Of a DNA stretch of 64,000 nt, positions 1 through 12,559 are shown one piece after another; within the stretch, counting starts at the first letter, position 1, and each line of letters begins with the position of its first letter. The translations under genes and the position numbers were made by a program. The DNA comes from Lama glama (lineage: Eukaryota). The DNA is taken from positions 37,822,001-37,886,000 of the forward strand of contig CM052818.1 in the NCBI GenBank assembly GCA_028534125.1, given 5' to 3'. The notes under the pieces were generated by a model. That model made no database searches. It saw only the letters and a program-made list of their open reading frames with translations, and had not been told where the DNA came from.

Positions 1-1260
1 ACCAGATAAAATGTACTGCAGAAGAACTATTTTTAGAAGTCCCAGAAAATTCTCCAGCATACAATCAAATTATAGCTGATCTGGAAGTCAGTAGACTTAC
101 ACTCTGTATAATTCAAAAAATAACTGAAGAATTATCTATGGTCTCAGAATCCCCACAAGCAAAAAATTCCAAGGCTTAGGCAGAATAATTGGAGCAGAGC
201 CCATAAGAGTCCAATTTAATACTTGCAAATTGTTATCTAAACTTGCCCAATATCATAAAAGTAAAGCCAAGGAAAGTCTCCAGGTAGTAGTAACCAGAAA
301 AAAAGCTGAGAAAGATGCTAGAAAAAAATACCTATGTAATTTTGTACCAGTTACTTGTAATATGCTAAGCTAATAAAAAACCTAATTTTCAAGCCTATAG
401 ATTTGTCATAGATATGCAAAGCAATGAATAAATAGTTATACCTTGCTTCTCAATAATGCCTAAACTAAACAATATACTTTGGATCAATCTGTAGCCAAAT
501 TCTTTACTCTAGTAACTAATATGTAGTAGATTTATGCTCAGCTTTCTTAAAGACCCCTATGACTAAGCATATCAAACAACTTACTTGTTTTCACTTGGAG
601 AAAATCAGTTTACATAGAAATAATGCTTCAATGATTTATAACATTCTATCTTATTTTCTTCCAAATCTCATACCAAACACTTAAATGCTCTTCTCCAAAA
701 TACTGATGACCACTTCTTATAGTCCATTGATCTGGACAATTTAGCACTAACTCTATCCATCTACTGACTGATAATGAGCATAGAGCTTCTCAGAAAGTTA
801 AAAACATAAAACCCTCCAATGTCTTCAAACAACAGTTTATTATCTCAGTCTTTACCTATCATTGAATGGAGGATATTATCTAAAGATATATCCCATATTA
901 TTCAAAATTACTCAAGATGAGCCAACCATGTACTGTAAAAGTGAGAACCAAACATGTCTAAACCAGGAAAGGCATCTTTTTTTTTTTAACTAAATAAGCA
1001 TCTGAGAATCAATCCAATGCAACCCAGAAAGTAAAAGACCACCACTGATCCCAAAATACGTCTTCAACATCCACCTGTATTGACTGTCTATGATTATAAG
1101 CCTTATTTTTTGTAAGTGAATGAATAGTGAGGTGTTACTCTGGGCATATTTACTTAACAACACGGCACATTAAGGACCCATTTCCCATTAATGACCTATC
1201 TCTACATCTAGCTGCCAAGGTTTGTCCTTACTATACGTGTCTTGAAAATAGGGCTCTATT
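1..1260 (+). mobile_element. Decayed class I (ERV1, gamma/epsilon-like) endogenous retrovirus internal region: pol (protease-RT linker, RT, tether) pseudogene
   Basis: Manual translation across frameshifts gives retroviral motifs in order: LGRIIGAEPIRVQ (~177), KKPNFQAYRFVID (~375-413), VVDLCSAF (~523-546), VFTW...MLQ*F (~590-640), LLQNTDDHFL (YVDD-equivalent, ~690-720), LQHPPVLTVYDYKPYFL*VNE**GVTLGIFT*QHG (1062-1166). Many stops and shifts; runs off the window's left edge. Confidence 0.85.
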
Positions 1261-1383
1261 TTGGCTATGCTATATATCCTTGTAAAATTAATAGCCTTCA
1301 ATGATAAAGGAAAAGTCTTTAGTGCCTCAAAGCAAAAGAGTGACATAAATTATATAATTTAAAAAAAATTAGATGGCACACTC

Positions 1384-2035
1384 TTTTCAAATGTTGAACC
1401 AGTCCTGAATACCTAGAATAAATTCCACATGCTCATGGTGTGTAGTTCTCTTTATACATTTTTAATAAGACTTGTTAATATTTTGTTGAGAGTATTTGCT
1501 TGTATGCTCATGAGAGATACTGGTCTATAGTTTTCCTTTCTTGTAGTGTGTTTTTTTATCTACTTTTACTATTAGAGTATTGCTGGCCATAGGATAAATT
1601 TTAATGTTCTCTCTGTGACTATATTCCTGAAAAGATTGTGGAATATTGATATCATTTCTTCTTTAAATGCTTATAGAATTCACCAGTGAAACTATCTGAG
1701 CCTGGTGCTATAATGGAGAAGATGGTTATTTATATTTGATTCAATTTATTTAATAGGCGTATGCTTATTCGGATTACCTATATTTGCTTAATTTTGATAC
1801 TTGACATCTTTCAAAGAAATGGCTTATTTCATCTAGGTTATTGAATTTGTAGACATAGACTTATTCAAAGTAATCCTTTCTAATCATTTTAAAGTCCATG
1901 GTATGAGTATTGATGTCCCCTCTTTTATTTCTGATATTGGTAATTTATGTCTTCTCTCTTTTTTTTCTTGTTTAGCCTGGCTAGAGTTTTATCATTATAT
2001 TATTTTAAAAAAAAGACAACTTTTGATTTTGTTGA
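1384..2035 (-). mobile_element. L1 ORF2 segment, inverted 5' part of the adjacent L1MC
   Basis: Antisense L1 ORF2 sequence (atgttgaaccagtcctgaatacctagaataaattccac..., agaattcaccagtgaaactatctg...). Confidence 0.85.
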
Positions 2036-4040
2036 AAGTCAATGTAATCTACAACATCAACAGGCTAAAGAAAAAAACACACATGATCATATCAATAGAT
2101 GTGAGGGGGTTGGATGGCAAAATCTAACATCCTCTAACATCCATTCATGATAAAAACTGACAACTAGTTAAAAAAAAGAGAAATGTTTAGGTATAAATCT
2201 AACAAAATATATACAGAATTATATGCTGCAATGCTCTGATGAAAGACATTAAACATGATTTCAATAATGGAGAGATACTCCATGTTCATGGATTTGAAGA
2301 CCACATATTGTTAGAAGTCAGTTCTTCCCAACCTTATCTATAGATTTAATGCAATCACAATCAACATTCCATCAAGCTAATTCATAAGTACCAATTAACT
2401 GAACTTAAAGTGAATATGGAGTAAAAGACCCAGAATAGCCAGTACAGCACTAAAAAGGGACAATAATGTTGCAGGACTCACACTACAGGATTTCAAGACT
2501 TACTATGAAGAAATAATAATCAAGAGAGTGATATTGGGGAAAAAATACATATATCAACAGAATAGTATAGAAAGCCTAAACAAATATAGTGACTGATCTT
2601 TGAAATAGGATCTAAAGAAATTCCATGAAGAAAGGATAGTCTTTTCAACAAATGGTGCTGGAATGATTAGATGTCCATATAAAAACAAAACAAAACAAAA
2701 AAAAACACCTTCTTTCAGACTTCATACCTTTTCAAAAATTAACTTAAAATGGATCATAGATCTAATGTAAAGTGCAAAACGATAAAATTTGTAAAAAAAA
2801 TAGGAGAAAGGTACGTAAATTTGGATTAAACAATGATTTTAGATAACATCAAAAGCATAATTTATTTTAAAAATTGATAAGTTTGACTTCATTTAAATAA
2901 AAAAATAAACTTATGTTTTGCAAAATTGGTTACAGAATGAAAGGCAAACCATGAACTGGAAGAAAGTATTTCCACAACACATACCTGATAAAGGTGTTGT
3001 ATCCAGACTACACAAAGAACCCTTAAAATAACAGACAGCTAGGTATAGACGGATAATTCTAGCTATATGCCTCTCTATATAGATCTGTATTTCTGTATCT
3101 ATCCAGCTAGCTAGCTAGATGGCCAGCTAGCTACCTATATCCCTACCATCTTCTAGTGCCAGAAAACAACATAATAATAGAAGTATATTAAAGGAACATA
3201 GAAGCCAACACAAAGAGCTCTCATGGTCAAACCTGCAAAATTTTGAGTACCTAAATAGAATAGTATTGGTTGATAATCCAAAGTATAAAATAAATGTCCT
3301 CATGTCCATTCTGATAAAAATAAGTAATTGAGATAATAAAGAAATAGGGAGACGAGACAAATCACTTACACCAAACAATTCCAAATTATTTATGTTGCTA
3401 GCCTACCCTTAAGGAGATAGACTATACCCTCCCACTCTCCAAGGGTGGGCTCAGCATAGTGACTTCCTTCCAAAGAGTACAGTATGGAAGGGAGGGACAA
3501 AGAGTAACTTAACTGCTGGAGAAACACTATCTCAGCCCAGTGGCCAAGTTAGCATCACTGAACTTTGGTAAGAGATACTGACAGCACGTGCTCCTGATGT
3601 AATGGGACGAGAATGGCACTTGACCTCTGTGATCTTTCTCCTCAGGTTGTATAAACCAAGTATAATCATGAGTGAAACATCACAGAATTCCCAGTGGAAG
3701 GGCACTCTACTGATCTGTTTGCCTCTAAACTGTCAGGGTCACCAGAACAAGGAGAGTTTGAGAACTAGTCATAGTCATGAGGAACTTAAGGAGATGATAA
3801 TTAAATGCAATATGGCATCTAGATGAGACTCTGGGAATCAAAAAGGACATTGGGTAAAAGCTGAGGAATAAATTATGAACGTTAGGTAATAATAATGTCA
3901 ATATTCATTATTTTTTGGTAACAAATGTACTATTTGAATTTAAGATGTTACAACAGGGGAAATGATGCAGGATATATGGAAACTCTGTACTATTTTCACA
4001 ATTTTTCTGTAAATCTGAAAGTGTTCAAAATAAAAATTTC
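2032..4040 (+). mobile_element. L1MC-type LINE-1, 3' part (ORF2 with internal deletions plus 3' UTR)
   Basis: Sense ORF2 (cacatgatcatatcaatagatg; ttcaacaaatggtgctgg) followed by an L1MC1/2-like 3' UTR (gtgacttccttccaaagagtacagtatgg...; ggaactctgtactattttcacaatttttctgtaaatct...aaataaaa). Confidence 0.85.
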
Positions 4041-5565
4041 CCTTGTGAAAAATCAGCAGCTTTCTGCGTAACTCCAGTAGTCAAGTAGAAGGGGACATGT
4101 CATTTGTCAAGCATGGACAAAACATTATAAGAATTAGAAATAAGCATACCTTGAAAGGTTTGGGTCCTAAAGGAAGAAAAGTATGAAAAAAAACAGGAAA
4201 GGGGGTGATGACTAAACAGGTGAGTATCTCACTTTTTTTTGAACAAAAACAATGAACATTATAAATGTGTTTGTTGTTTGTTTGTTTTTTCCCTGGTTTT
4301 GTTGTTGCTGCTTCTTGACAGTTAAATTCTGAAGTTCCTCCAGGAGAATGAGCACTTGAGGAATTCTGGGTCAACATGATATATTTTACATACATTTTCA
4401 GTGTGTCAGCCAAAAGGGCCAAAGAGCCAGAGAGCGAAAGGGACGGCATAACAAGATGTTCACAAAATTCTGGAGCCACGTGCAGACTTGATGCTGAGGA
4501 GAGTTTTATAAATACTCCACATAACTGGTGCTCGGTTTGTCTGAAAGGGACGAGGCTGAGAAGTGAAAATAGTCTCTGGAAACCCCAGGGAGTTATTGAC
4601 AAAGCACTGGTCAGTTTAGAGACAGAATCCCTGCATAAATTTAAGTTAGGAATATATGTTTGTTTCTAAATTGCATAAAATCGGTTCCCGTACTTTCTTC
4701 ATATGAAAACAATACCATTTTATAAGAAATCAGATAGGATCCAAACGAGGTTATATAAATACTATAAACAGGAAATTTCAATAAAATTGATTTTTTTTCC
4801 TTAGTATAAACCACAGGCACAGCCATCCCATCTTTCTAAGGCCCGTTTTTCAATGGTTAGATTCTGTTTTGTTTTTAGGTTAGAGTTTCTTCCTTTGATA
4901 TCGTCTAGGTTTATATTTTAAAAGTTAAAATAGGTTTTCAAGATTGATTGGAGGGGGACAAAAAGTAAAATATAGCCTGAAACCAAACATTTAGACTTTT
5001 AAGTTATTCTTGTTTTCTTGATTTTTTTTTCTCTTTTCTCTTTAAAGGCGAATAGAATTGTCACTACAGAAGTGTGTTTTTTTTTATTTGTCTCTGGAAT
5101 GAACCTTGGTAATTCCACAAAGGCTACAGAGAGCTTTTAAACAACAAGAGAATCACATGCCTCTAGGGACTTGTCAGCACTTAGTATTGCTTGTTTTCTG
5201 TTCCCTTTGTTTTCAATAAGAAACAAACTTTAGAATTTAAACAAGAAACGCAGTCCTCATTAAGTATGAGCCTGTGCGGGAAACGAAAGAAGCTAGAGAC
5301 TTCCATGCAAGGTGTTTTTTTTTTTTTTTCAATCTCTGAAACAATTTATTTGTGTTTGATGTTAGTAATAACAGAGGCATATTAGAAAGTTTTCAAGTCT
5401 TGATTATTCAATTATGTATTCAATGAGCATTTTGCTGAGTGAGGAAACTGACCATTTTTCATGACCCAACTCAAATATCTCTTCTCCAAATCCTTTTCTG
5501 ACTTAAATTATTCACCCCTTTTTATTATGTGCCTCTGATATTTCCTACCTTTTTTATGTTGTATT

Positions 5566-5783
5566 TCTTTTTTCTTAATCGAAGTACAGTCAGTTACAAT
5601 GTGTCAATTTCTGATGTACAGCACGATGTCCCAGTCATACATATACATACATATATTCATTTTCATATTCTTTTTCATTAAAGGGTATTACAAGATATTG
5701 AATATAGTTCCCTGTGCTATACAGAAGAAATTTGCTTTTTATCTATTTTTATATATAGAGGTTAATATTTGCAAATCTCAAAT
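5566..5783 (-). mobile_element. Lineage-specific (camelid-like) L1 3' end, 5'-truncated
   Basis: T-rich tail then gaagtacagtcagttacaatgtgtcaatttctg...tattacaagatattgaatatagttccctgtgctatacag; related copies at 6206, 40899 and 62694. Confidence 0.8.
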
Positions 5784-6205
5784 GTAACCAGTGGAGAACA
5801 ATGCTGGGGTAATAAACCCCGGGATGGGACGATCTGGCTCTTGAGAATTGTGTATCCTTCAGGAAGCCTTTACAGAGGTGTTAGAAATGGAGATAAACAT
5901 GGAAAATTGGAGCCATATTTATTTTTCCATACCTTGTTCATGGCTGTAAAAGACACACATGAAGTTAAACAGAAGACATGGTTTTTTGGAATCTTTTGCC
6001 AGTTCCCATCAGCAGAGAGTAAGTCCACATCAGTAAGGCTGCCTTCGTCTTATGAATACTCTATTTCACAGCCCATTACATTTTTGTAATGTGTTTATCA
6101 TTGATAGCACACTTCCCCATATTTGAGTCTATCTCTTTGTTTTCAATGAAATAACCCTCTTTTTCTTTGCATTACCCAAATCTTGAATTTAAACCCTTCA
6201 TCTAT

Positions 6206-6278
6206 CTTTTTTTTAATTGAAGTATAGTCAGTTACAATGTGTCAACTTCTGGTGTACAGCAGAATGTCCCAGTCATGA
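6206..6278 (-). mobile_element. Very short lineage-specific L1 3' end
   Basis: ttttttttaattgaagtatagtcagttacaatgtgtcaacttctggtgtacagc, near-identical to 5570-5640. Confidence 0.75.
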
Positions 6279-6289
6279 CTATATTTTTT

Positions 6290-7600
6290 AAGCTCCAATT
6301 TATACCTCAACCTCACCACCCATTCATCCAGTGAAACCAATATCAGAAATGTCTGTTAGCTTCTTTTCAAACTTTCTAGCCTGACTTCTCCAGAAAGTGT
6401 GAGAGCCCCAACAAGGCCCTGTCCATCTTAAAATGCCTCTCTTAGCTTATAAGTCACCAGTCTCTCCCCTCTCTCCGGCCACAACATTTCAGTCATTTTC
6501 TGTTTGGAGCTCATTCTTCACCTTCAATTTGACCTTTCGTAAACTCTCATTCTTTTCCCTTCCTTTTCTATTTTCTTCTGGCTTAATGCATGCTACACTT
6601 AAACACCTATGTTCTGAATCTCTATCATGAAGCCAAAATCCTCCCTGTGTTTCAGAGTCTTATTTCCACAGCCCATGAACATCTGCTCTCAGATGTCCTG
6701 TAGACCCATCACATGCACCGCAGTCCAAACCAGCATCACCATCTTTTCTTACCAACCTGCTGTTTTGATACCTGAAGATGTAATTCCAGCATTCCGCTGG
6801 AAACCATGGAGTCATCCTCGTCCCTTCCTTATATGACATCTTCTCGTCTCATTGGCCACCAAGTCCTCTTAATTTTTACAATGTATGGATCTCTCCAATC
6901 CATTCTCCTTTTTCCCATTCCTGCTGACTCCACTTTGATTTAAGTTCTCTTCTCTTAGAGTTTCCCCATTGATCTCCTCACTTCCTCTCAGGCAGTTTTT
7001 CTAAAATGAAAATATAGCATATATGATTCTGATTCTTAATCATATTTACCTCCTGGGCGATTACAGGGCAAAGTACGCTCTCTGTCTCATGAACACCTAA
7101 CATTTACAGCCAGACCCATGGATCCCTTTAGTCTGGACTCCGCTGGACTGCAGACCTCACCCTCTGAATGTCCACAGATGGCCTAATGGTTTTTGAAGCT
7201 GCTGAGTGATGTATTTTAATCATTCTCCCCAGTCTGGGAAAATGACTCTTATTTCAAAGACCACTTTAAAATATCATTCAATTGGTGAAGTCTTGTACAA
7301 ACATGCTCCTCTGCTCTGAGTATTCTCCCTCCCACAATTAATTTCATCATTCACTTCATGTGCTTTAAAAGCATTTCGTACAAGCCATTTTCCCCCAGCA
7401 ATCCTCTCCCGTGGTACTGCTGTTGGAATTATATTTTCACACATCCTAGCTTCGTAACTAGCTCTGTGACCTTTCCCCTAGTAATTGGGAAAAAATATTG
7501 AGGTCAAAGACACTCACATGTTGTTCATCTTTGTATTCCCAGCATCTAGCAGCTTTCTGGCAACTTACAGGCACTCAAATACATCTGAAAACAAGTGGGC
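6290..7600 (+). mobile_element. L2 LINE fragments including the 3' end
   Basis: Pyrimidine-rich L2-like body ending ttgttcatctttgtattcccagcatctagc...ggcactcaaatacatctgaa. Confidence 0.65.
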
Positions 7601-8149
7601 ACACATCAACGTAGCAACTCCGCCGAGGAGACGAGGCGAATCACGCCCAGCCTTATCATTAGCGTCGAGACGGTGGAATTGTAGAAAACGTGCTATTTCA
7701 CAACGGCCCAAAGTATATGACTCAGGCTTCAGTCAAGATCTTCCTGCCTCATTGCAAGTGGACACTTTTCTCAGAGCTTGGAAATGGGCTTTCCTTATTT
7801 TCCTCAATGTTTAAAAAATATTTTTGCATGCCTGCCAAGCCATCAGGTAAAAAGACCATCTCTTTCAGCAGTTGAGAATTTGAAATAGAAATATCCAAGT
7901 TCAAAGGCTATGTTTTACCCGAGTTTGAAGAAAATGACATTAAGTGCTAGTATTATATAGTAAGGTGTTATACGGAGTATATTATATATTATGTTCTAGT
8001 TTCTTCCTTTGTTCTTTTAGTTTCGTATTTTCTGTTTACCTTCCCCCTTATTACCTAATTACCTCCTTATTATTGAGGAAATAACCATGACAAGTCAACA
8101 AGCAAGCAATGCTGCTCAGTGTAAAATGGGAAGTAGAATGATTGAAATT

Positions 8150-8440
8150 ATAATAGTTACATTATTAAGTGCCTATCCTATACCAGACTCAGTTCTAAGA
8201 GCTTACATAATATTTTTTCCTGTATAGCACTTTATATATGTGTGTGTAGATATGTATAAACTTATTTCATATTTAGAATAACTCTAATGGGTAAGTACTA
8301 TTATTATTTCCAGGTTACAAATGAGCAACTGAGTCACAGAAAGGGTAACAATATGCTCAAGGTCAAAGACCTAGAACCAGAGCTAGGATTCCAACCCAGT
8401 CAATCTGTTCCCCTATGCTTCTAACCACTATACTGCACTT
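8150..8440 (-). mobile_element. MIR SINE
   Basis: Antisense MIR core: attattatttccaggttacaaatgagcaactgagtcacaga...ctcaaggtca...ggattccaacccag. Confidence 0.8.
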
Positions 8441-9559
8441 CTCCCTTATTGGAAAAAAATAACTCAGGTTATTTAGTTAAATATTAAAGTTAGAACCCCT
8501 GGGTATCCATACACAGATATTAGATCACACAGGACATATCAAAGGTGAGGATATAAATAACTTGGAACTATTTAAAGGCATTTCCCATTTATACAAATCA
8601 TTTAGAAGAAACTGTAATTATCCTAGAAATAACCACTTATTAATATAGACAACTTAATCATAGTTGTTGACCCATGTGTTGCTTTTGAAAAGGACAGAAG
8701 GTTTAATTTATTAAAATTCACTGTGTAATGACCCAGAACCACATTCTAACAACAGGTGATTTAACCTGTATAAAAATAAACCCATTGGTATTAATGAATC
8801 AAGGAATCTCATGGCTTGGGTGGGAGGTGGAGCTCAGAACAAAGGATCTGTTAACAGTCATGCTTTATACACTGTGATTTTCTCAGTCCAATTTGATCTG
8901 CTATAAAGAATTTGTTGAAGGGCCAAATTCATCCTTTGTATGTTTTGTGAGTCTTATTAATTGCATGTTACTTTCTTTGTCTTGATAGGCAATTTTGTTT
9001 TGTTTTGTTTCTTACGTTCACTTCCTTCCCCTGACAAATTCATCCTAATAAGATGCTTCTGTATTTGCACAGTTTAAATACCACACTAAACTTCAATGTC
9101 CTTGATTTGGCTTTTCATATTTTGTCATCCTTACCAACTGCAGGCAGATAATTCTCTTTATGGATTAGCTATAGCTCTACAAATGAAAGCTCACTTCAAC
9201 ACATTAAGATCCCTCTGCCATTTTTCTCTCTGGTTTTCTTGTTGCCCTAAAATCTCATGTACACCTGAAAATTGCTTCTTCTTGCTTTTCCATGGCCTTG
9301 GTGAAATATAAAGTGACCTTGGTAATGTTCTTCAGGGTCCTCCCCAGAGCTGTCTTTCCATTCTATGATGTGCTAGGTGATTATATCCAGTCTCATGGTC
9401 CAACACATATAAATATACCTATAGTTTATAATGATAGATGTTTAGACTCACCCTTTCTGAAAAAAAAAAGTGTAATTTCATCTTCAGTTACCCAATGGAT
9501 ACTCCTACCCTTGGAAAACTCACGCTTCCATGGGAAAGAAACCAAGAAAGAAAAAACTG

Positions 9560-10260
9560 TAGTTGAGGGTGATAGGAAAGCACAGAAGAGGGGGACACAA
9601 CACAGTCTGGCATGTTAGACAGAGTCCAGGAGGCTGATGTATTGAGGACAAGTAATAGGAGCCAGCCGAAGAGAAAGGAAGACAAATGGTGCAAAACCAC
9701 TAAAGGCGGCAGAGTGCACCTGCGTGAAGCTTAGTCTGACAGCAGCAGAGTGTGTGAGAGGATAATGCAGAGAAATGTAGCTGAAGAGGTAAGTTGGGTC
9801 AGATCATAAAAGGCTTACCCTTGGAATGCTGTTGGATAAGTGCTTTAGAAATATGACTCTTAGGGTGACATGGAGATTAGATTTTGCATTAGTGAGACAA
9901 GAGTCAAGAAGACCAGCCATGAGTTTATTGCAGTCATTCTCATGATGGATTAGGATTGAATTAGAATAGTTACCTATTAGGTTGAAGGTAAGTAAATGGA
10001 TTCGAGAAATCATTTAAAAAGTAAAACTAACGTAACTTTGCAACTGGATGCCAGTTATATGGAAAAGGAGAGCTCAGGGATGACATAAAGGTATATGCCT
10101 TGAGTAACCAAGTCGGTCCACCAGTGTGAACAGAGGCTGGAGATGGAAGTTAGTATTCTATGAGAAATATGCTAAATAAGGGTTTTCAATGCATCATCCA
10201 AGTGGAGACTCCCAAATGATATTTACTCATTGAGTATGATAGGAAAGCACAGAACTCAGA
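9560..10260 (-). mobile_element. L2 fragment
   Basis: Purine-rich antisense L2-like text (gggtcagatcataaaaggctt..., agtaaatggattcgagaaatcattt). Confidence 0.55.
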
Positions 10261-10744
10261 ATAAATATATCAGTTCAAGATGGTTTTGGATTTGCGGAAG
10301 GGTGGCATAAAGAGCGTACATAAGATTATTGGTTGATCCTGAATAGGTGCCCTTTGAGACTGGAAGGAAAAGGGCAAAGACGTAAAGGCTATAAATATAT
10401 TTGTTGTTAATGGGTACACAAGAAATTGGTATAGGTAATATCTGCTCCCATAAATTTCTTTAGGAACTTACAATGCCTACTGGATGTAAAATGGATGGGA
10501 TGGGATAGCAGCTCAAAGAGTTAAATGTTGGAATTGTACTGAGACAATGGAAAACAAAATTGATTAAAAGGAAGTTAGAGAGTTGCTAAGTAGTAAAGAG
10601 GACTATACTGAGTGTGGAAAGTAGGAATTCATTGTGGTGCTTTAGGGTGATAGATAATGTTGGGCCCAGGTTGTGCCCATGGCCCTGAAGTAGAGATGGA
10701 TTTTACCAGCATCAGCACAACTATAACATAAACCAAAACAGTTT

Positions 10745-10950
10745 GCTGATAACTTTGCAGTATGTGCTATCATTTAAGTTTCTAACACAATCTCATAAAC
10801 TAATATTCCTATTATTTCCATTTTAGAGATGAGAAGTATTATGTTCAGAGAGAATAATGTGCTCAGGGAAACCCAGAAAGATCAATGGTGAAACCACATT
10901 ATATGTGGACAAATAATCAGTTTCTGAAATTGGTAAGCTTACTTGCCACA
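10745..10950 (-). mobile_element. MIR SINE (degenerate)
   Basis: attatttccattttagagatgagaag core. Confidence 0.6.
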
Positions 10951-12256
10951 TAAAGTGACTTTCCTTCTGTGGGCAGTACACACCACCAATCTATAGTTAG
11001 AGTCGGTACCTGATCAGAGACAGTGACACCCACCTTGAAGCACTGGCAGGGCAGAGTTGGATGTGATAATCTCTGAAACACCCTGTAAATTTGAAATTCT
11101 GAGTAGCCCTCCTTTAAATACCAATGAAAATGGATTTTTTTGAAAATTTCACTTCATGATGTAAATTTCCAGAGGTGTCTGAAATTTTAAGTAACTTAAT
11201 TGCCTTCTTCTCTTACTGCTAAGATGAAATATGAGTTTGTTTAGTGTGGTTGTGTGTGTGTGTGCACAGAGCCAGAGACTTGACTTTTGCTCTTTATTGC
11301 ATTTCTTAAACTAGCTACACTTGGCAATTCATTTACATCAATAATTGAAAAGCCATCAGTCTCCTCTTGTCTTAAACTCCTTGCTATCCACACTAATGAT
11401 ATGCATGATTGGCTATTGCCATAAAAATGCACCATAAATTTTTCAAAGATAATTCAACTACAGAGAATGAATCAATATGAACTCCCGTGATAACATATGA
11501 GAGACGATCTCTCCACTGCCACTTCAAACCATTTAGTGCCTCTCTTGATGAGAAGCTATTATTGCTTCCATTTGCAGTTTTTAGGCAGTGGTTTAGTACT
11601 TTCCTCTTTCAAGACTTGGCTAAGGGACTGTGTTCTCAGCCACCCCGTGCTGTAGATGGCTCGCACCTGCCGATGCTGCTTTTGTCCTGTGCTTTCTGGC
11701 TTCTGCCGTTTTTAGACGTCCTGTAAGAGGAGACGAGCTATTGTGTCTGATGTGCATGATGAAATCGGTCATGAAAGACTGTGTTCTTTCATTCGTCCAT
11801 TCTTCTGTTTGTTCCTTCCTTCCTTCATTGATTTGACAGACTGTTGTTTGTCCTTAAGTTGATAGTGGTCTCATATGTGAGCTGTCACCCATTAGAAAGC
11901 ACAGATCATACTAGGAATCTGAAAGAAAACCAACTCTGAGGCCAGGCAGGACAGCAATGTTGCTGTCTGTTGCTTGCAGACTGAGCTTTACATTTCAACA
12001 TTTTCAGTAAGGAGGCGTGTATGACCCCCACTTAATCCCCTTTTCTACACAGGTGTTTCCATAGAACAACACTGGATGTACTACAGCAAAGGGTGATCTA
12101 AATCAAACCTTTGTCTCTATGGAGATGTGGATACCCTGATACTAATGGCACCCAGGGATTGGATGGGACTGTGGTTCTGATTGGACAGCAAAGATATCCA
12201 GGTTCCTCTCCATTTTGCCTCATAGGATGACTTCCTCTAGAAATGTATGTCTGTAG

Positions 12257-12313
12257 CACACACATGTGTGAGCGCACTTACACACACACTCACACACACT
12301 CACAAACACACAC
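12257..12313. repeat. Imperfect (CA)n microsatellite
   Basis: cacacacat...cacacacactcacacacactcacaaacacacac. Confidence 0.7.
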
Positions 12314-12559
12314 TTCGGAACTCACTATTTTGAGGTATGTGATTCACTCTCTGGAGCTGTCCTACGTGTAATTGCTCAGAACTGGATCCAAAAATTGTTC
12401 GCTGGAGTGGGATAAATAACTTTTCTTAAACCTCAGAGTGATTTTTTTTTTTAATGTCTGGAGCTTGATCTTAGTTTATCCTGTTTTTGTTACCTAACAG
12501 TTATCATTGATTTTAAAAAGGCTCTGATTACAATTTTAAATGTTTTTCCTCTGTTCCTA

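Noticed and set aside
3035..3140. (AGCT)n / TCTA-rich palindromic stretch
   Set aside because: Simple-repeat expansion within the L1MC 3' UTR; no independent structure.
9697..9713. CTCF-like ccactaaaggcggcag
   Set aside because: Spacing does not fit the core motif, and it lies in L2-derived sequence.
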